This document shows positions 36,841-56,721 of a stretch of 64,000 nucleotides of DNA, piece after piece. Source of the DNA: Paraspadella gotoi (taxonomy: Eukaryota; Animalia; Chaetognatha); contig CM119269.1 in assembly GCA_051294375.1 (NCBI GenBank), positions 22,741,808 through 22,805,807 of the forward strand. The letters are read 5' to 3'. The notes under the pieces are model-generated. The model was not told the origin of the DNA, searched no databases, and worked only from the letters and a program-made list of their open reading frames with translations. How positions within the stretch are numbered: position 1 is the first letter of the stretch; each line of letters begins with the position of its first letter. The position numbers and the translations under genes were made by a program.

Positions 36841-39455
36841 TCATTCGTCGACGAACGACTTGGGGAATCCCGAGTTGGAGGCTGCGTCTTCAAGATCGTC
36901 CTCGTCTTCGTCGTCGTCGTCGTAGGTTAAATCCGTGGCGGAGTAATACCCGACGGGATACTTGAGAAAAGCGTCGAGTTGAGGATTGTGGTCCTGGAAG
37001 ATTTAATTTACATTTAATACATACGAACATTTAAATATTCTATAATCGGCTTGATTATACATTCATCGACTGACGGTTTAGGATTGGGTATGTTTACACA
37101 GTTTTTTTATAATAAAATATTCATACTGTGGCAGCAAGACTTAAAGCTGCCTCACTGGGTATCCCGGTTCTGGCTTAAATGTGACGGTGCCGGTATAAAC
37201 ATGCCAGTGACAGGAGGCGGTCACTGAGGGTCCGCAGCCCCTACGCCAGTTGGTGAGATACCCCGCGCCCCGGGTATCACAGGCTGTCCTCCCGTTGCCA
37301 TAATACGTTATTTACTCATAAGAAGCGAAGATTATCGTAAGCGAAAGTAAAATGTTCAACCAAATTAAATAAATTTAATAAATTTAAAAAGATAGACAAT
37401 GAATGAACACAAGAAAACTATCTGAAATTAATAACAAACTAAACAATTTTAGCTTTAGCTGTCTAAAAATAAATGAAAAAAAAACTAATTAATTAATAAT
37501 TTTCTTTTTCGACTCTAAAAAAAAGTAGCGAGGCCAAGCTCCCTCCCCCCCGTCCGCACCCTTCTCTTTACCTTGAGGGATTTGCGGTGGTAGTGCTGGA
37601 CGAGCAGATCGAGCGATGGGAACATGAGGTGATTGTCGAAGCAAAAGACTCTGCCTTCGACTCCTCCGCCGAATTCGAATCGTCGCTCGAAGCAGTCGAT
37701 CTGCGCGTGAACCACTTTCCCCGCGTGGACGATGCTCAGAGCGAACTTGCCAGGTTTGTTGGCTTTGCGAATGAGGAAGGTCCCGTCGCGTTTCCCGCAG
37801 AGAGCCGAGTTGGCGTCTTCCCGCTTAAAGTCTTCGAAGAACCAGAGGCGTCGAAAGGCCTCGCGGAAGATGTCCTCGATGACTTCGCTGTCGTAGGAAG
37901 GATCTTGGGTCAACTGACGGATGAGTTCTTGTTTTCGGGACATGAGTCGTCCGATCTCCGGTTTGAGTTGATTGATGTCGTTGGCGAGGCGTTGGACGCG
38001 TTGAAGATCCTCCTCGTTCTTCAAGCCCAACTTCTGTTCCTCCTCCTTGACTTCGCCCAAACTGCGGACGAGAGAATCAAAGTTTTGCGCCATGGAGTTC
38101 TTGTCCGCCTCCGTCTCCAGCTCGGCCGCCATGCGCTGGTGGATGGCCACTTGTTGCTCGTAGAGCAGCACCTGAAGGTGCCAAGAGAATGGGATGGCAG
38201 ACTTTTAATCTCATCTACATTTTTTTTTGTAAAATGTATATGAGTCAACGGTCAACACCAACATTCAAAAGTCATACCATGATTTAAATTGGGATTATTG
38301 TTAGTATTAATTATTATTAATTATTATTAATTATTATTATTATTAATGATAGAATATTGCATTAACTTAGAGTTTGGGACGTTAAGAATAATAATTCACT
38401 GATACTTAAACTATGACTTTAGAAGACGATATTGTGATTATGATGGGTTAATAACATAGCAGGACTCTGAAAACTCTTTATCAATAAAGTGGTATAATGT
38501 TTTAAAGAATGATTCAATTACATAAAAGGACCACTGGTGCACTCAAGTTAACAAGAGCAGCTTAATTGTTTTGCAAATTTATTGTTAATCCCGATACTAA
38601 TTCCTGAATAGTTAATACTGATTATCAATCTCATTACTTAATGCCAATAAAAGCCCCTCCCTCTCATATAAAAGCCCCTCCGGGCCTCCCTCTCATATAC
38701 AGACCGTCTGTCGAAAGGCCTCCAGCGCCTGTTTGTTCTGCTGCAACTGCGCCATGATGTTGGCGTGCTCTTCGTACTTTTCGTCGTGATCGTTCTGCCT
38801 GATGAGCCAGACGGCGTGAACGAGACAGAGTCGTTGGGCCAACTTGGGGTCGGGCTCGGCCTCGGCGCCGTCCCGTCCGTCCCGGGCGTGCCGTTTGACC
38901 AGAGGCCAGGAGAGTTTCACCTTGAGCTCTCGATTGAACTCTTGAAGACCGTGGAGTCGGTGGTGGTTGACCAGATCGGCGACACTCTCGTGGAGGAGGC
39001 TGTCGTCCGAGAATCCGAATTTTCCTTCGAGAGAAGACAAGACTTGAATGGGGCGTGACTGGCCGTTGAATTGCACGTGGAGAGCGTAAGGGATTTCCGG
39101 GACGCGGAAAGAGTCTCGAAGGAGGAAGGTCCCGTCGGGGGTGCCCTTGAGGAGCGTGTTGGCGTCGTCCCGGGAGATGGAGCCCCAGTAGTAGGCGCAG
39201 CCGGCGACCGGGGTGCCCGCGTGCGGCACGGGCGAAGGGTTTCGGAGATTGAGGGGCGTCGTCGTCGTCAATTCCGCCACTTTGGACGGACTGGAGGAGA
39301 CGCCCCCGTGTTTGTGAGATGTCCGACACGGGAGGGGCGGCGGCTTGACCGAACGAGACCGGCCGCCGGCGCCGCTCGAGTCCTCGTTCCGCTCCAGCTC
39401 GATTAGAAGGGGGCGCTCTCGTTGAGGGAGAACTGATGGGCGGAGGACTCGACAT
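36841..39455 (-). CDS. Class IA PI3-kinase regulatory subunit (p55/p60 type: nSH2-iSH2-cSH2), 3 exons
   Basis: Exons ~39455-38705, 38171-37572, 36993-36841. Sequences YYWGSISRDDANTLLKGTPDGTFLLRDS, KQALEAFRQTVLLYEQQ, INQLKPEI, GKRDGTFLIR, LVQHYHRKSLKDHNPQLDAFLKYPV. The start is uncertain: the ATG at 39455 is one base out of frame. Confidence 0.9.
37126..37303. mobile_element. Internally deleted, inverted copy of the CTRTGGC TIR element
   Basis: Near-identical reverse complement of 16443-16701, lacking the tRNA-like segment; TA flanks. Confidence 0.85.
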
Positions 39456-39499
39456 TAGAGAGAAGCTGAGTCTTGGAGAAACAAAGACGCTGTGGCGCG

Positions 39500-39566
<67 letters not shown>

Positions 39567-40679
39567 GGGCGCCGCGCGCGAGAGACGAGATGCGCCGGAC
39601 GAACAAAGGAATCGAGTTTTTTTCTTTTTTTTCTGAAAAGAAAGAAAAAGAAAAAAAATCCCTGAAATTATTATGTAGACAAAACGGTCATCGTCAGTTT
39701 AACAAGTTTGAACAATGGACATCATTACGCAAGAGAGGGCAAAAAATGTCTTCAGTCTCACGGAAATAGAATTTACAAATTGAAACCAAAAACCGAGAAA
39801 TGTGGAAATTTTTAAAAATTTGCCGAAAATCATTAATAATATGGAATCTCGGATTGACGGATGGAACCGAGAAGAAGAAAGAAGAAGGAGACGGATATTA
39901 AAAAAAAAAGAAGAAGAAGAAAAGAGAAGGATATTAATAAAGAGAAGGAGAAAGTTAAAGGAGAAAGTTAAAGAAGAAAGAGAAGAAGAGGAAGAAAGAG
40001 AAAAAGAAGAAGAAAAAACTTTATTTTTTTTTCAACAGATGATTTTTGCATCGATTCATCTATCTGGATCGAGGCTAAATAAAATTAAGTAACAAAATAT
40101 ATGTTACGAATCTGTTACAAAGAACGATTTCGAATGTTGGAGAATTCGGAACAAAAAACGTGGATTGTCGCGACATCTATTCGAATCCGCGAAAGAAGGG
40201 GAAACAGCGCCGGCATATATTTGAACAAATGAACATGGGATCCGCGTTACCGTTAACGTTACCGCTACCGTCGGCTACCGTTGAGTACGAGTGTTCTGAC
40301 GTTGATGATTAAATTTAAAGGAATTAATGTAAAACCAGCCTGTTCAGAATTAATATTTTGTAACTGCATTATATTTTAGAAACGGCAAAAACCGATTATT
40401 TATTTTTGAGTAGCTTTTTTAAAAGATATTTCGATCGCTATCAAATGAGACTTAACTTCAAGTACCTTTTCTGAGATTTATAACTTTTAGTATATTCTTA
40501 TTAACAATGATGACATTCATCAATAAATCTTTATCTAGCGCTGCTCGGACGTTCAAACCAATTGCTCTGACTTTTTGATTTGTACAAAATAAGTCAATAA
40601 ATGGCAGAATAGTATGTTCTATTAACAAGATTCAAATAGCAATCACTGTCACGAATGTTAATCATATAAAAATAAAGAG

Positions 40680-48002
<7,323 letters not shown>

Positions 48003-48260
48003 ATTTGGGAGGGGGGGAAGGGCGGGCGGGTTATACCGGGGGACGATAGTCGAGGTCGTTGCCGTTGGCGTTTTAAATTGGACTCACTGTATTAAGGTTT
48101 ATTGTTTGTTAGTATTAGTTGTTTTACGAATACAGTTTGGTTTTAAATCCTTGAAATCTAAAAAAAAATCTATTTAATGAATAATGAAATTCATTGATAA
48201 ATAAATTGACGAAATTTATACGCAAAAGAAGAATTTTATGGTTTATGACGTAAAACAACC

Positions 48261-48261
<1 letters not shown>

Positions 48262-48344
<83 letters not shown>
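48262..48344. repeat. (AAT)n microsatellite
   Basis: Directly visible; a similar tract lies at 7621-7683. Confidence 0.97.
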
Positions 48345-48346
<2 letters not shown>

Positions 48347-49180
48347 TCACAGGAGTATCAAGCCACCAAAAGAGACTGGGGCGATCTCCGCAGGAAATGG
48401 AATCGTCGAATCCTGATTGGTCAAGCATGGAACCGGAATCGACCAATCCGCTTGAAGTAACATCGGAACTGTAAATTTTACCCACGTCGCCGATTTGTAT
48501 AAATAAATATTTATACAAACATATTCCATAACTTTAATCCTCTTAAAGATAATTTCATCATTCGGCCGCCGCATCGAACGCGCGACCCTCAAGGAATAGA
48601 AAATAATAAACATTTTCTACTAATCCCTAATCCTACTAATCCCTAATTCCTTAATCCTAATCCCTAATCCTACTAATCTCTATTTCCTTAATCCTAATCC
48701 TACTAATCTCTATATCCTTAATCCTAATCCCTAAACCTACTAATCCCTAGTCCTTAATCCTAATTCTATTAATCCCTAATTCCTTAATCTTAATCACTAA
48801 TCCCTAATTCCTTTCAAACTAAAAACTAATTTTGTTCTGAATTTAAGATAAAATGGATCGTTTTTGAAAAATAATAATCCCCTAATATCGATGCGCGCCG
48901 ATGGAATTCGGAGTAAAATATCAAAAAAGATTAGGAATAATTCCAGGATTAAGATTAAGATTAAATAAAATTAGAATTAAGAGGAAAGAAAAAAATTACC
49001 GACGGTTGATAAGTTAATATATAAGTTTTTTGTTTTGGTTTAGATTAAAACATTTGATGACGTCGTTATCGTCGTTTTCATCGTCGTCGTCGTTCTCGTC
49101 CTCCCGCAATTGACCCACGAACTCGAGTCTTTTTCGTCTTCGAAGAATTTGATGCCAGAAACAAAATTGAGGTCATCGAC

Positions 49181-49215
<35 letters not shown>

Positions 49216-49464
49216 TCTCCGTCATCGTCGTCGTCATCGTCGTCGCGATTTTTAAATCGTTTTAATTTTTGTCTTTCGATGTTTTTCTTTTCTTTTATAT
49301 TTTAATCAACGAAAGTTGAGAATATTGAAGTAAAAAAGAGGAAAGAGAGGAAAGAGGGAGGAAGAGGAGGAGGAGGAAGAGACGATACTTCGTCCCAGGA
49401 AGAAAAAAAACACCTTTGCATGTTTTCTTTGAAGACATGAATTCAAGAGAGAATTGTAATAGAG

Positions 49465-49503
<39 letters not shown>

Positions 49504-49950
49504 CTGCTAAACTCAAGATGAACGCCAAGATGTGGATACAGAATGAAATTTCTGAATGACTGTTGAAGAAAATTAAAAAATATGTATATTGATTTTTATT
49601 TAAAAAATCAAGCTATAGGAATCTAGCAAGCTTACTTGATACAAATAATATTGTATTACACTGATTAAAATAATTTTGTGATTATCAAAATTCTTAATCA
49701 ATTATATAAAAGAATATGTGATTTTATTAAACTACACAAGATCACTTTCAATGTTGTCATATTACTGTAAACTCAAACTCCGTGTGGTTATAACATTAAA
49801 AAACAAAAAAACAAAAATGTCTATTTTTAATTATGAAATTCATCAAAATAAAGCACCGAATCAGTAAATAACATCCCAAGGCCAAAGCCTTATCAAAATC
49901 GAAATACAAAAAATGAGAAAGATCAACATGGCTGTAACAATAAAAAAAAA

Positions 49951-50064
49951 TTAACAACGGAATAATCAAAACGCCGACGAAAATAACATTTACTAAATGT
50001 TATTTACGAAAATAACATTTACTAAATGTTATTTTCGTCGGCGTTTTGATTATTCCGTTGTTAA
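49951..50064. repeat. Perfect ~42-bp inverted repeat with a duplicated central hairpin
   Basis: TTAACAACGG...AATAACATTTA pairs with TAAATGTTATT...CCGTTGTTAA. Confidence 0.9.
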
Positions 50065-50574
50065 ATTTTAGAGTGATTAAAAATAGTAACAAATTAAATT
50101 TTAGAGTGATTAAAAATAGTAACAAATTATGAAAATAAAAAACAAACTAGCTTTTGCCCTAAAAATGTAACAATGCAGTGAAGTAAAAAAAAAAAAATTA
50201 AGAAGCACTACAATAAGACCATTAATTTTGCTAAACATGCGCGATGGTTACATTTTCTAACAGTAAATAAACCGATCACAGTCATAGTTACAATACGATT
50301 TTGTAGTTGATGAGAATATCAAACACCGCCTTGTTTTTCAAAAACGCCCTATTTCATCTGAAATTTAAAATTTAATTCATTTTTTAATTTAAAATTAAAT
50401 ATTAGCTTAAAAATTAATGTTAAAAATTTAATTAATGATTTAGGTTAGGGATTTGGGTTAAAAATTAGTGCTATAGGTTAGGGTTAAAAAATATATATAT
50501 TTAAAAGACAGTTATAATTGTTATGAATTAATAACTGAACTGTTCGCGATAAACAATCCTTGCAATGATGCTGC

Positions 50575-50620
50575 AATGCTGATGAAGACTCTAATTGTAG
50601 AGTCGAAACATGTCCGAAAA
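50575..50620 (+). ncRNA. Minimal type I hammerhead-like motif (Penelope-like element type), probably degenerate
   Basis: CTGATGA-A-GACTCTA-ATTG-TAGAGTC-GAAA-CATGTC: core, 7-bp stem II and palindromic ACATGT stem III; stem I is poor. Confidence 0.55.
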
Positions 50621-52833
50621 ATGTCCTAAAAATTCGTTGACACAAAACAAATAAATTGTTTTCCTCTCTAAAAGTTAAATTATAAAATTAACCGATTTTA
50701 ACGGTTAACCGTTAAAAATATTAGTTTGAGAGAGAGAGAGAGAAAGAGAGAGAGAGGGTAAAAGTTTTCCAACAAAGTGGTGAGACAGAATGGTGGTCAG
50801 ATGTGAGGACAGGTTGAAGGTGAGGGCAGATTGATTACTGAATGTCAAATGCTGATAAAGGCTTGAAGTAAACAAGCCAAAACATGTCCAACTCTTAATT
50901 AAAAAATCGTTGTTACAAATTCAAAATACTTTGCTTTCTCTAAAATAAATTTTTAAAATTTTTTATTAAAGATTCAGATTTCTTATAAAAAGTTAGACCA
51001 AAAATATGAAACATGTTATCATAAATTTTTTTGTCTTCAGTGTCAAAATCTAAAAAAAAGGTCAAAATTTTTAACTTTTATAGGACTAAGTTTTTTTAAT
51101 TACATATACGGAGGCAGCAAAAAATATTGTTAACTCGCTTAATATTTTCATCACTCCACCCTATTATACACCTCTTGCAAAAAACCTATTACCAGTAACC
51201 CTTATCACAAAAATATTACTTACTAATTTCACACAAAAATTAACTTTCAGTGAACCTTATCATATCATTAAAAATTCTATTTGATTCTCATTATTTCATA
51301 ATACTCATAAAAATACCAAAAGAGATTTAAAAATGTGTAAAAAAAATGAGTAGTCCCTTTTCAGGAAAAATAATTTTTCCACATGGCTTTCATCACCAAA
51401 TATAATACTTAAAATCTGTTTTATTAATAATCTAAAATAAAAATAGATCAGATTGAAAACATTTTTATAACGAAAAAAATGTTTTAAAACTGTAAAAAAT
51501 ATCAGTAAGAGTAGTGAATTAAAACAATGAGAACTTCATATTAATCATTGTGGTAAAATAAGGGAAAAGTTATAAATCTTTTATATTAAAAATTAATGCA
51601 ATTTCTTAATAGTTTTTTCAAATACTTTTAAAAATCCACTGGATATTTAAAAGTATTTGAAAAATAAAGATTCTAACTTCAAAGTCATTATTTAACTGCA
51701 ATTACTTAGATCTGAAACAAAATAAATTTCAATAAATGACATAAAATTAAAGTTTATAATAATAATAATAATAATAATAAAAATATAAGCAAAATATCAC
51801 TTTAGTTAAAATATATATATAACAAAAAAATAAATTTAATAAAAAAAATATTTTTTTATTTATCTCTCTATCACTTTTGCATTCTCTTACTGTTAATATA
51901 TCAATTTAAACTTACACTCAAAGTAATTTGTACTAAGATCTAAATAAGTTTTATTAGTTGCTGACAGGCTATTAATCTTTAAAGAGGACACCCTAGAACA
52001 CCTCTTCCGGCCCGTTCGCCACAAAGATAGATTTCTACATTATAAAAGATTTTATAGATAAATAAAGTTCATGGAAAAAAGAACTTTTGTAAATTTGTTT
52101 TTAATTTTGAGTTCCGTTTGCAGGCAATAATTTGAGTAACTACTCAAAACAGTGAGAGAGCAGAAGAAAACTAACATATTTAAGCACTGGAATGACTAAA
52201 CCGATTTCACTAATTTTTAATAATAAATAAAATATAATTTTAACATACCCTATATATTAATTTTTTAATATTTATTTATAGATAAGAAAGGCTAAACATT
52301 TTTTTAAGATTTTTTTTATTTTTAATATCAGATTCAGGTAGGTTGCAAAAAGTTGTCTACACAAAGATTAATTTTTTACATTTAGATTATTAGATTTTTA
52401 TTATTTAGATAAGTGGGTGATAAATAAGAAAAACCGTTAAAAATTATCATTATCATTATCTTTCAATAATTTTGTTAGTTTTTTAAATTTTGACCAAGAA
52501 AACGTAAGAATTTTTAAAAGTTGTAATTATATTTTTTATTTAACTTTTAGTGCTCTATCAGAATCCATCAAAATAATTTAAAATTGATTAAAAAATATTT
52601 TATTATTATATAGTAATATATATGAGTTAACCAATTTTTAAATTCTTTATAACAACATTTAATGTAATTTTTTTTGCAAAATTTATGACTAAATATTTGG
52701 TCAAGACGACTAAATCAACTTTGCACACAGGCCACATTAAATATTTTTATTATAGTGGATGCCTAGTACAAGCGGGCATTTTGTATTTCTCAAGTAAAAA
52801 AAAGGCTAAGAGCTAAAAGAAATATTTTCTGCT

Positions 52834-55800
52834 TTATTTTTCTCGTTTTGTTGGTTTTCTTTTGAGTTTTTCCATCTTTCCGTCTTTCATCACAAGTACT
52901 TTATCGAAATCCCCAAGTTCATTGACTCTGTGTGAGATGACAAGAAGGGTTTGACCTTTGCAGTTTTTCCGAATTACCATCTGCAAAAGATGGTCAGTTC
53001 CAAGATCAATACTGGCTGTGGCTTCATCTAAACAGAGAATTTTTGGTCTACAACGCATAACTCGTACAAGACAAAGCAGTTGTTTTTGTCCCGCAGAGAA
53101 GGAGGCAGGGCAGAGTGGAGCATCAAGACCCCCGAGTGATGCTACAAGTTCCCACAATTGGTAGTGAATAAGCAGGTTGCGCAAGTCTTTATCTTCATTT
53201 TCCTTAGTTTTGTTGGCCTCAGTGGCTATTGATTCTGGCATCAAATTTTCTCGAATAGTTCCAATAAACAGTAATGGATTTTGTGGTACAATAGCAATCC
53301 ACTGCCGAAGAATGTGAAGAGGAATTTCTTTCACATCAATCCCATCTATAAGTATCCGTCCACTACTTAATGGGTGGGTGCGTAACATTGCTGCCAAAAG
53401 TGAACTCTTTCCACTGCCAGTACGGCCGCAAATTCCTATTGTTTCTCCAGCAGCAGCAGTGAATGATACATGATCCAATGCCATTCGTTTTCCAGAGGCA
53501 TAGGAAAAAGTAACGTTCTCAAATATGACAACCCCACTCAGTGGCCACAAATCATTAAATATTACAGGACGTGTCAACCTTAATGAGCAGATCTGAAATA
53601 ATGGAAAGTCAGAAACATCCTCCTCTACTGGAATTTTGCTATTATAGTCAATGATTCGTTCCAAGCTGATCATTTCTTTTTCCATCGCTGCAAAAGATGA
53701 GACAAAGCCGCAGAGCCGTCCTGGTACTGACAAGACATGTGAAAGAGCAAGACCAATGAATGCTGGTGATACTAATGAAACTGAAAAGTTTAAATTCTCA
53801 TAGATTGCCACCAATGAAGCTCCAAAGACAATGATAATACCAATGACTTTTAGGCTAAAATTAAAACAAAGAGTCACAATTAGCTGAGAATATTGTGCCC
53901 TGACGTTTTCATGAATTAAATTTAAGTTTTTCTTGACATATTGACTTTGCTTCCTCAGTGCGCGAATAGTTGTGGCACCCTCTAAAGATGATAGGTAATG
54001 GTCATAAATTGGAGAAAGTGTCAATGAAGCCCATCTCTTTATTTTTGGTGATGTTTGGCGGTAAAAGTTTTGAACATACAAGTAAATAGCACTGATGGGA
54101 AGTAACAGTGTCAGGAATAATGGAAGGCTATAGCAGGTAATAATAAGAACGCCAGCAAAACCAAATGCTTGGGCTAAAAAAATATTGAGATAATAAGGTA
54201 GAGAAACATCAATAGAATAAAGGTCTGAAGAAAATCTGTTCATCACAAAACCTGCTGGTATTCTCTCAAAAAATGTCAGTGGTGCTAAAAATAATCTCTC
54301 AGCAATATTATCGTGTAGAGATTGTGCCGCCACCAGTCCGCCATAGGCAAAGAGAAAGGCACGAATGAAAGTGATAATAATGTTTAGACCACTAATGATA
54401 CCATAAATAACAAGTAAGTATGCACTATGGCTTTGAATCAATGAGGATAAAGAAAATGGAAAATAAAAATTAGCCCCATTAAAAAAAAAATTCTCCATGC
54501 TGAAAGTTAAATTTTTCTGATCTGATACATTTGAGATGTGCTCTGCCCAAATGGAAAACCAAAAATCGGACCAACTTTTAGATAACTGCATTAGAAAAAG
54601 AACAACAAGTATAGATATTGAAAGTTTGAGACCGATGTTATTCCAGTAAGCCTTATAAACATGACTGCCAACCATCCTAGTTTCAGGTCTCTCCATGACT
54701 TCATCCTTTGCCACAAAACCAGGAGTGTTTACAAATTTTATAGCTTTTTCTTCATTCATAACCTTATTAATCACGAATTGATCTTCAACCACAAAATTTT
54801 TAAATTCTAATGGACGACCTTGCTTTTTGATTTTTCCATCTTTCATTATAATGACCCAATCTACAGCATATCCTGATTCTTGTTTTAAAAATATCTCTGC
54901 ACCATAATGAGAAGCCATGACAATAGTAGATGCCCCACATAATAGTTTTACAAAAACATTTTTCCATATTTCCTGTCTAATTTTTCTGTCCAAGGCAGAA
55001 AAAGGACAGTCCATAATATAAAAGGATTTTTTAGAATAGACAGCGCGTGCAAGGGCAAGTCGCTGTTTTTGTCCACTACTCAATAACATTCCTTTTTGAC
55101 CTACATAAGTTTTATTTCCCTGGGGAAAGGAGGCTACGTCCTCGGATAGGCAACAAGCTTGAAGCACAGTATTATACCAGGTCAAATCCATTACCTGCCC
55201 AAACAGCACATTTTCCTCAAATGTTCCAGGATAGATCCAGGCTTTCTGTGGCAGAAAACCAATGCCAGTATCTGGATTCCAGTTCCGGATTACATTGCCT
55301 CCCTCTTGCCTCATCTCACCAATGATTGCATGAAGCAAAGATGACTTCCCGGCACCTACTTTTCCAATAACTCCTACTAATGTTCCTGGAAAAACAGACA
55401 AATTAAGGCCATATAAGTAAAAACTGCTATTATCAAGCAGAGACCAAGAAAAGCTAGCATTACTCATCACCAAAAGTGGCAGGGCTTCATTTTGGGTTAT
55501 CATCTTTGAATTGTTTTTCTTATGACCACATCTGATATCTAACAGTCGCTGAACCCTATTTAATGAGACCCATGCATCCGCAATTCCATTAATGACCCAT
55601 GGCATCATGTTTAAAGGTTCAATGAGTATGTAAAACAGCGTTAGAGAAGTAAAGATCTTAGCGTTTGTTAATGTGGCTGATGAGTAAAAGTAGCAATAAG
55701 TGAAAAAAGATACGAGGGTGATCATCACGGGTGTTGTTGCCCTGAAAAATACAAATGCTGCATCTAAGTATTTGATTCCTTTTAGATTCTGCAATTCAGC

Positions 55801-56721
55801 TCTGCGATGATGTTCAACCCGGGAATGCAAGGCCAGCTCCAATCCAGACAACTTGATGGAATGGATTCCATCAAGGATTTCCGCCATTAGATTGATTCTC
55901 TTGTCCTTGTGGACCATCATAGCAGAGCTGAAAACAAGGATCTTATGACATAGAAACCTATTTACTGGTATGAAAAGGAGGGCCAGAAAAAAGCCAGTAA
56001 AAAAAGCAAGGTAGATTTGCTCATGGAGTAGATACAGTGCAATTGTCATCTGCAGCATCATTGCCCAGGTGCAATGAAATGTGTTGCAAAAATTGACAAT
56101 TCTGTCAACGTCGGTTGAAATTGCATTAACAATCTCCCCAGAACTGAGATCTGATTCAACAAAGGCTGACCTTGGCCAATTAAGGACTCGCTCATAGATA
56201 AGAGTCATCAGTGCCCCGCGGATCTGGAGCTGAATTTTGCCAACAATGAACTGAAATTGAGCATTAAGTATAGCACCTGCTGAGGTTGTCATGAGTAAAG
56301 CTAAGGCATAAAGGAAACCATAACATTTGGGCGAAGAGGTGTTTTCCATTAAGGCAATAAGTGCGTGGAGAATAATTGGTCCAGAAAAGGCAAGGACATC
56401 CACAATAAGCTTCAAGAATCCAACAAATAAATATGGTGTACCAAAAAGGTTTACAAGGGCTCGAAGGAGAGATGAGTGAACATTGAATCCCAGAATCTTG
56501 GTGTCTTTATTTTTGACTTCACTTTGCGCAAGTTCTTCTTGCAATTTACAGGATAAGCTGGAGATAGAAATGCTGGACGGAAGAGGATAGACATAGTTGT
56601 TTTGAAAGATTTGTTTTTGGGGAAGGAGAGGGTAGACCCAGCCAAAAATTTCATAGAAAATGCCGGCTTGAACTTCTGGTTGAAAGAGATCTTCATTATC
56701 CGCGTTGCTTGAATGACAAAG
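52834..56721 (-). CDS. ABCC10: ABCC10/MRP7-like transporter core, copy B (single ~3.9 kb exon, no TMD0 or upstream ATG of its own)
   Basis: Uninterrupted frame TMD1-NBD1 (GKVGAGKS, LSSGQKQR)-TMD2-NBD2 (GRTGSGKS, FSAGQ, LDEATA). The frame stays open 59 codons upstream of the track's TTG start, to acceptor TTGTTATCAG at 56722. Confidence 0.85.
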   Translation of the reverse strand, partial: LCHSSNADNEDLFQPEVQAGIFYEIFGWVYPLLPQKQIFQNNYVYPLPSSISISSLSCKLQEELAQSEVKNKDTKILGFNVHSSLLRALVNLFGTPYLFVGFLKLIVDVLAFSGPIILHALIALMENTSSPKCYGFLYALALLMTTSAGAILNAQFQFIVGKIQLQIRGALMTLIYERVLNWPRSAFVESDLSSGEIVNAISTDVDRIVNFCNTFHCTWAMMLQMTIALYLLHEQIYLAFFTGFFLALLFIPVNRFLCHKILVFSSAMMVHKDKRINLMAEILDGIHSIKLSGLELALHSRVEHHRRAELQNLKGIKYLDAAFVFFRATTPVMITLVSFFTYCYFYSSATLTNAKIFTSLTLFYILIEPLNMMPWVINGIADAWVSLNRVQRLLDIRCGHKKNNSKMITQNEALPLLVMSNASFSWSLLDNSSFYLYGLNLSVFPGTLVGVIGKVGAGKSSLLHAIIGEMRQEGGNVIRNWNPDTGIGFLPQKAWIYPGTFEENVLFGQVMDLTWYNTVLQACCLSEDVASFPQGNKTYVGQKGMLLSSGQKQRLALARAVYSKKSFYIMDCPFSALDRKIRQEIWKNVFVKLLCGASTIVMASHYGAEIFLKQESGYAVDWVIIMKDGKIKKQGRPLEFKNFVVEDQFVINKVMNEEKAIKFVNTPGFVAKDEVMERPETRMVGSHVYKAYWNNIGLKLSISILVVLFLMQLSKSWSDFWFSIWAEHISNVSDQKNLTFSMENFFFNGANFYFPFSLSSLIQSHSAYLLVIYGIISGLNIIITFIRAFLFAYGGLVAAQSLHDNIAERLFLAPLTFFERIPAGFVMNRFSSDLYSIDVSLPYYLNIFLAQAFGFAGVLIITCYSLPLFLTLLLPISAIYLYVQNFYRQTSPKIKRWASLTLSPIYDHYLSSLEGATTIRALRKQSQYVKKNLNLIHENVRAQYSQLIVTLCFNFSLKVIGIIIVFGASLVAIYENLNFSVSLVSPAFIGLALSHVLSVPGRLCGFVSSFAAMEKEMISLERIIDYNSKIPVEEDVSDFPLFQICSLRLTRPVIFNDLWPLSGVVIFENVTFSYASGKRMALDHVSFTAAAGETIGICGRTGSGKSSLLAAMLRTHPLSSGRILIDGIDVKEIPLHILRQWIAIVPQNPLLFIGTIRENLMPESIATEANKTKENEDKDLRNLLIHYQLWELVASLGGLDAPLCPASFSAGQKQLLCLVRVMRCRPKILCLDEATASIDLGTDHLLQMVIRKNCKGQTLLVISHRVNELGDFDKVLVMKDGKMEKLKRKPTKREK

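Noticed and set aside
48615-48812. Telomeric repeat remnant (also 47145-47240)
   Set aside because: Irregular CCTAAT/TTAGG-like low-complexity units, not a uniform array.
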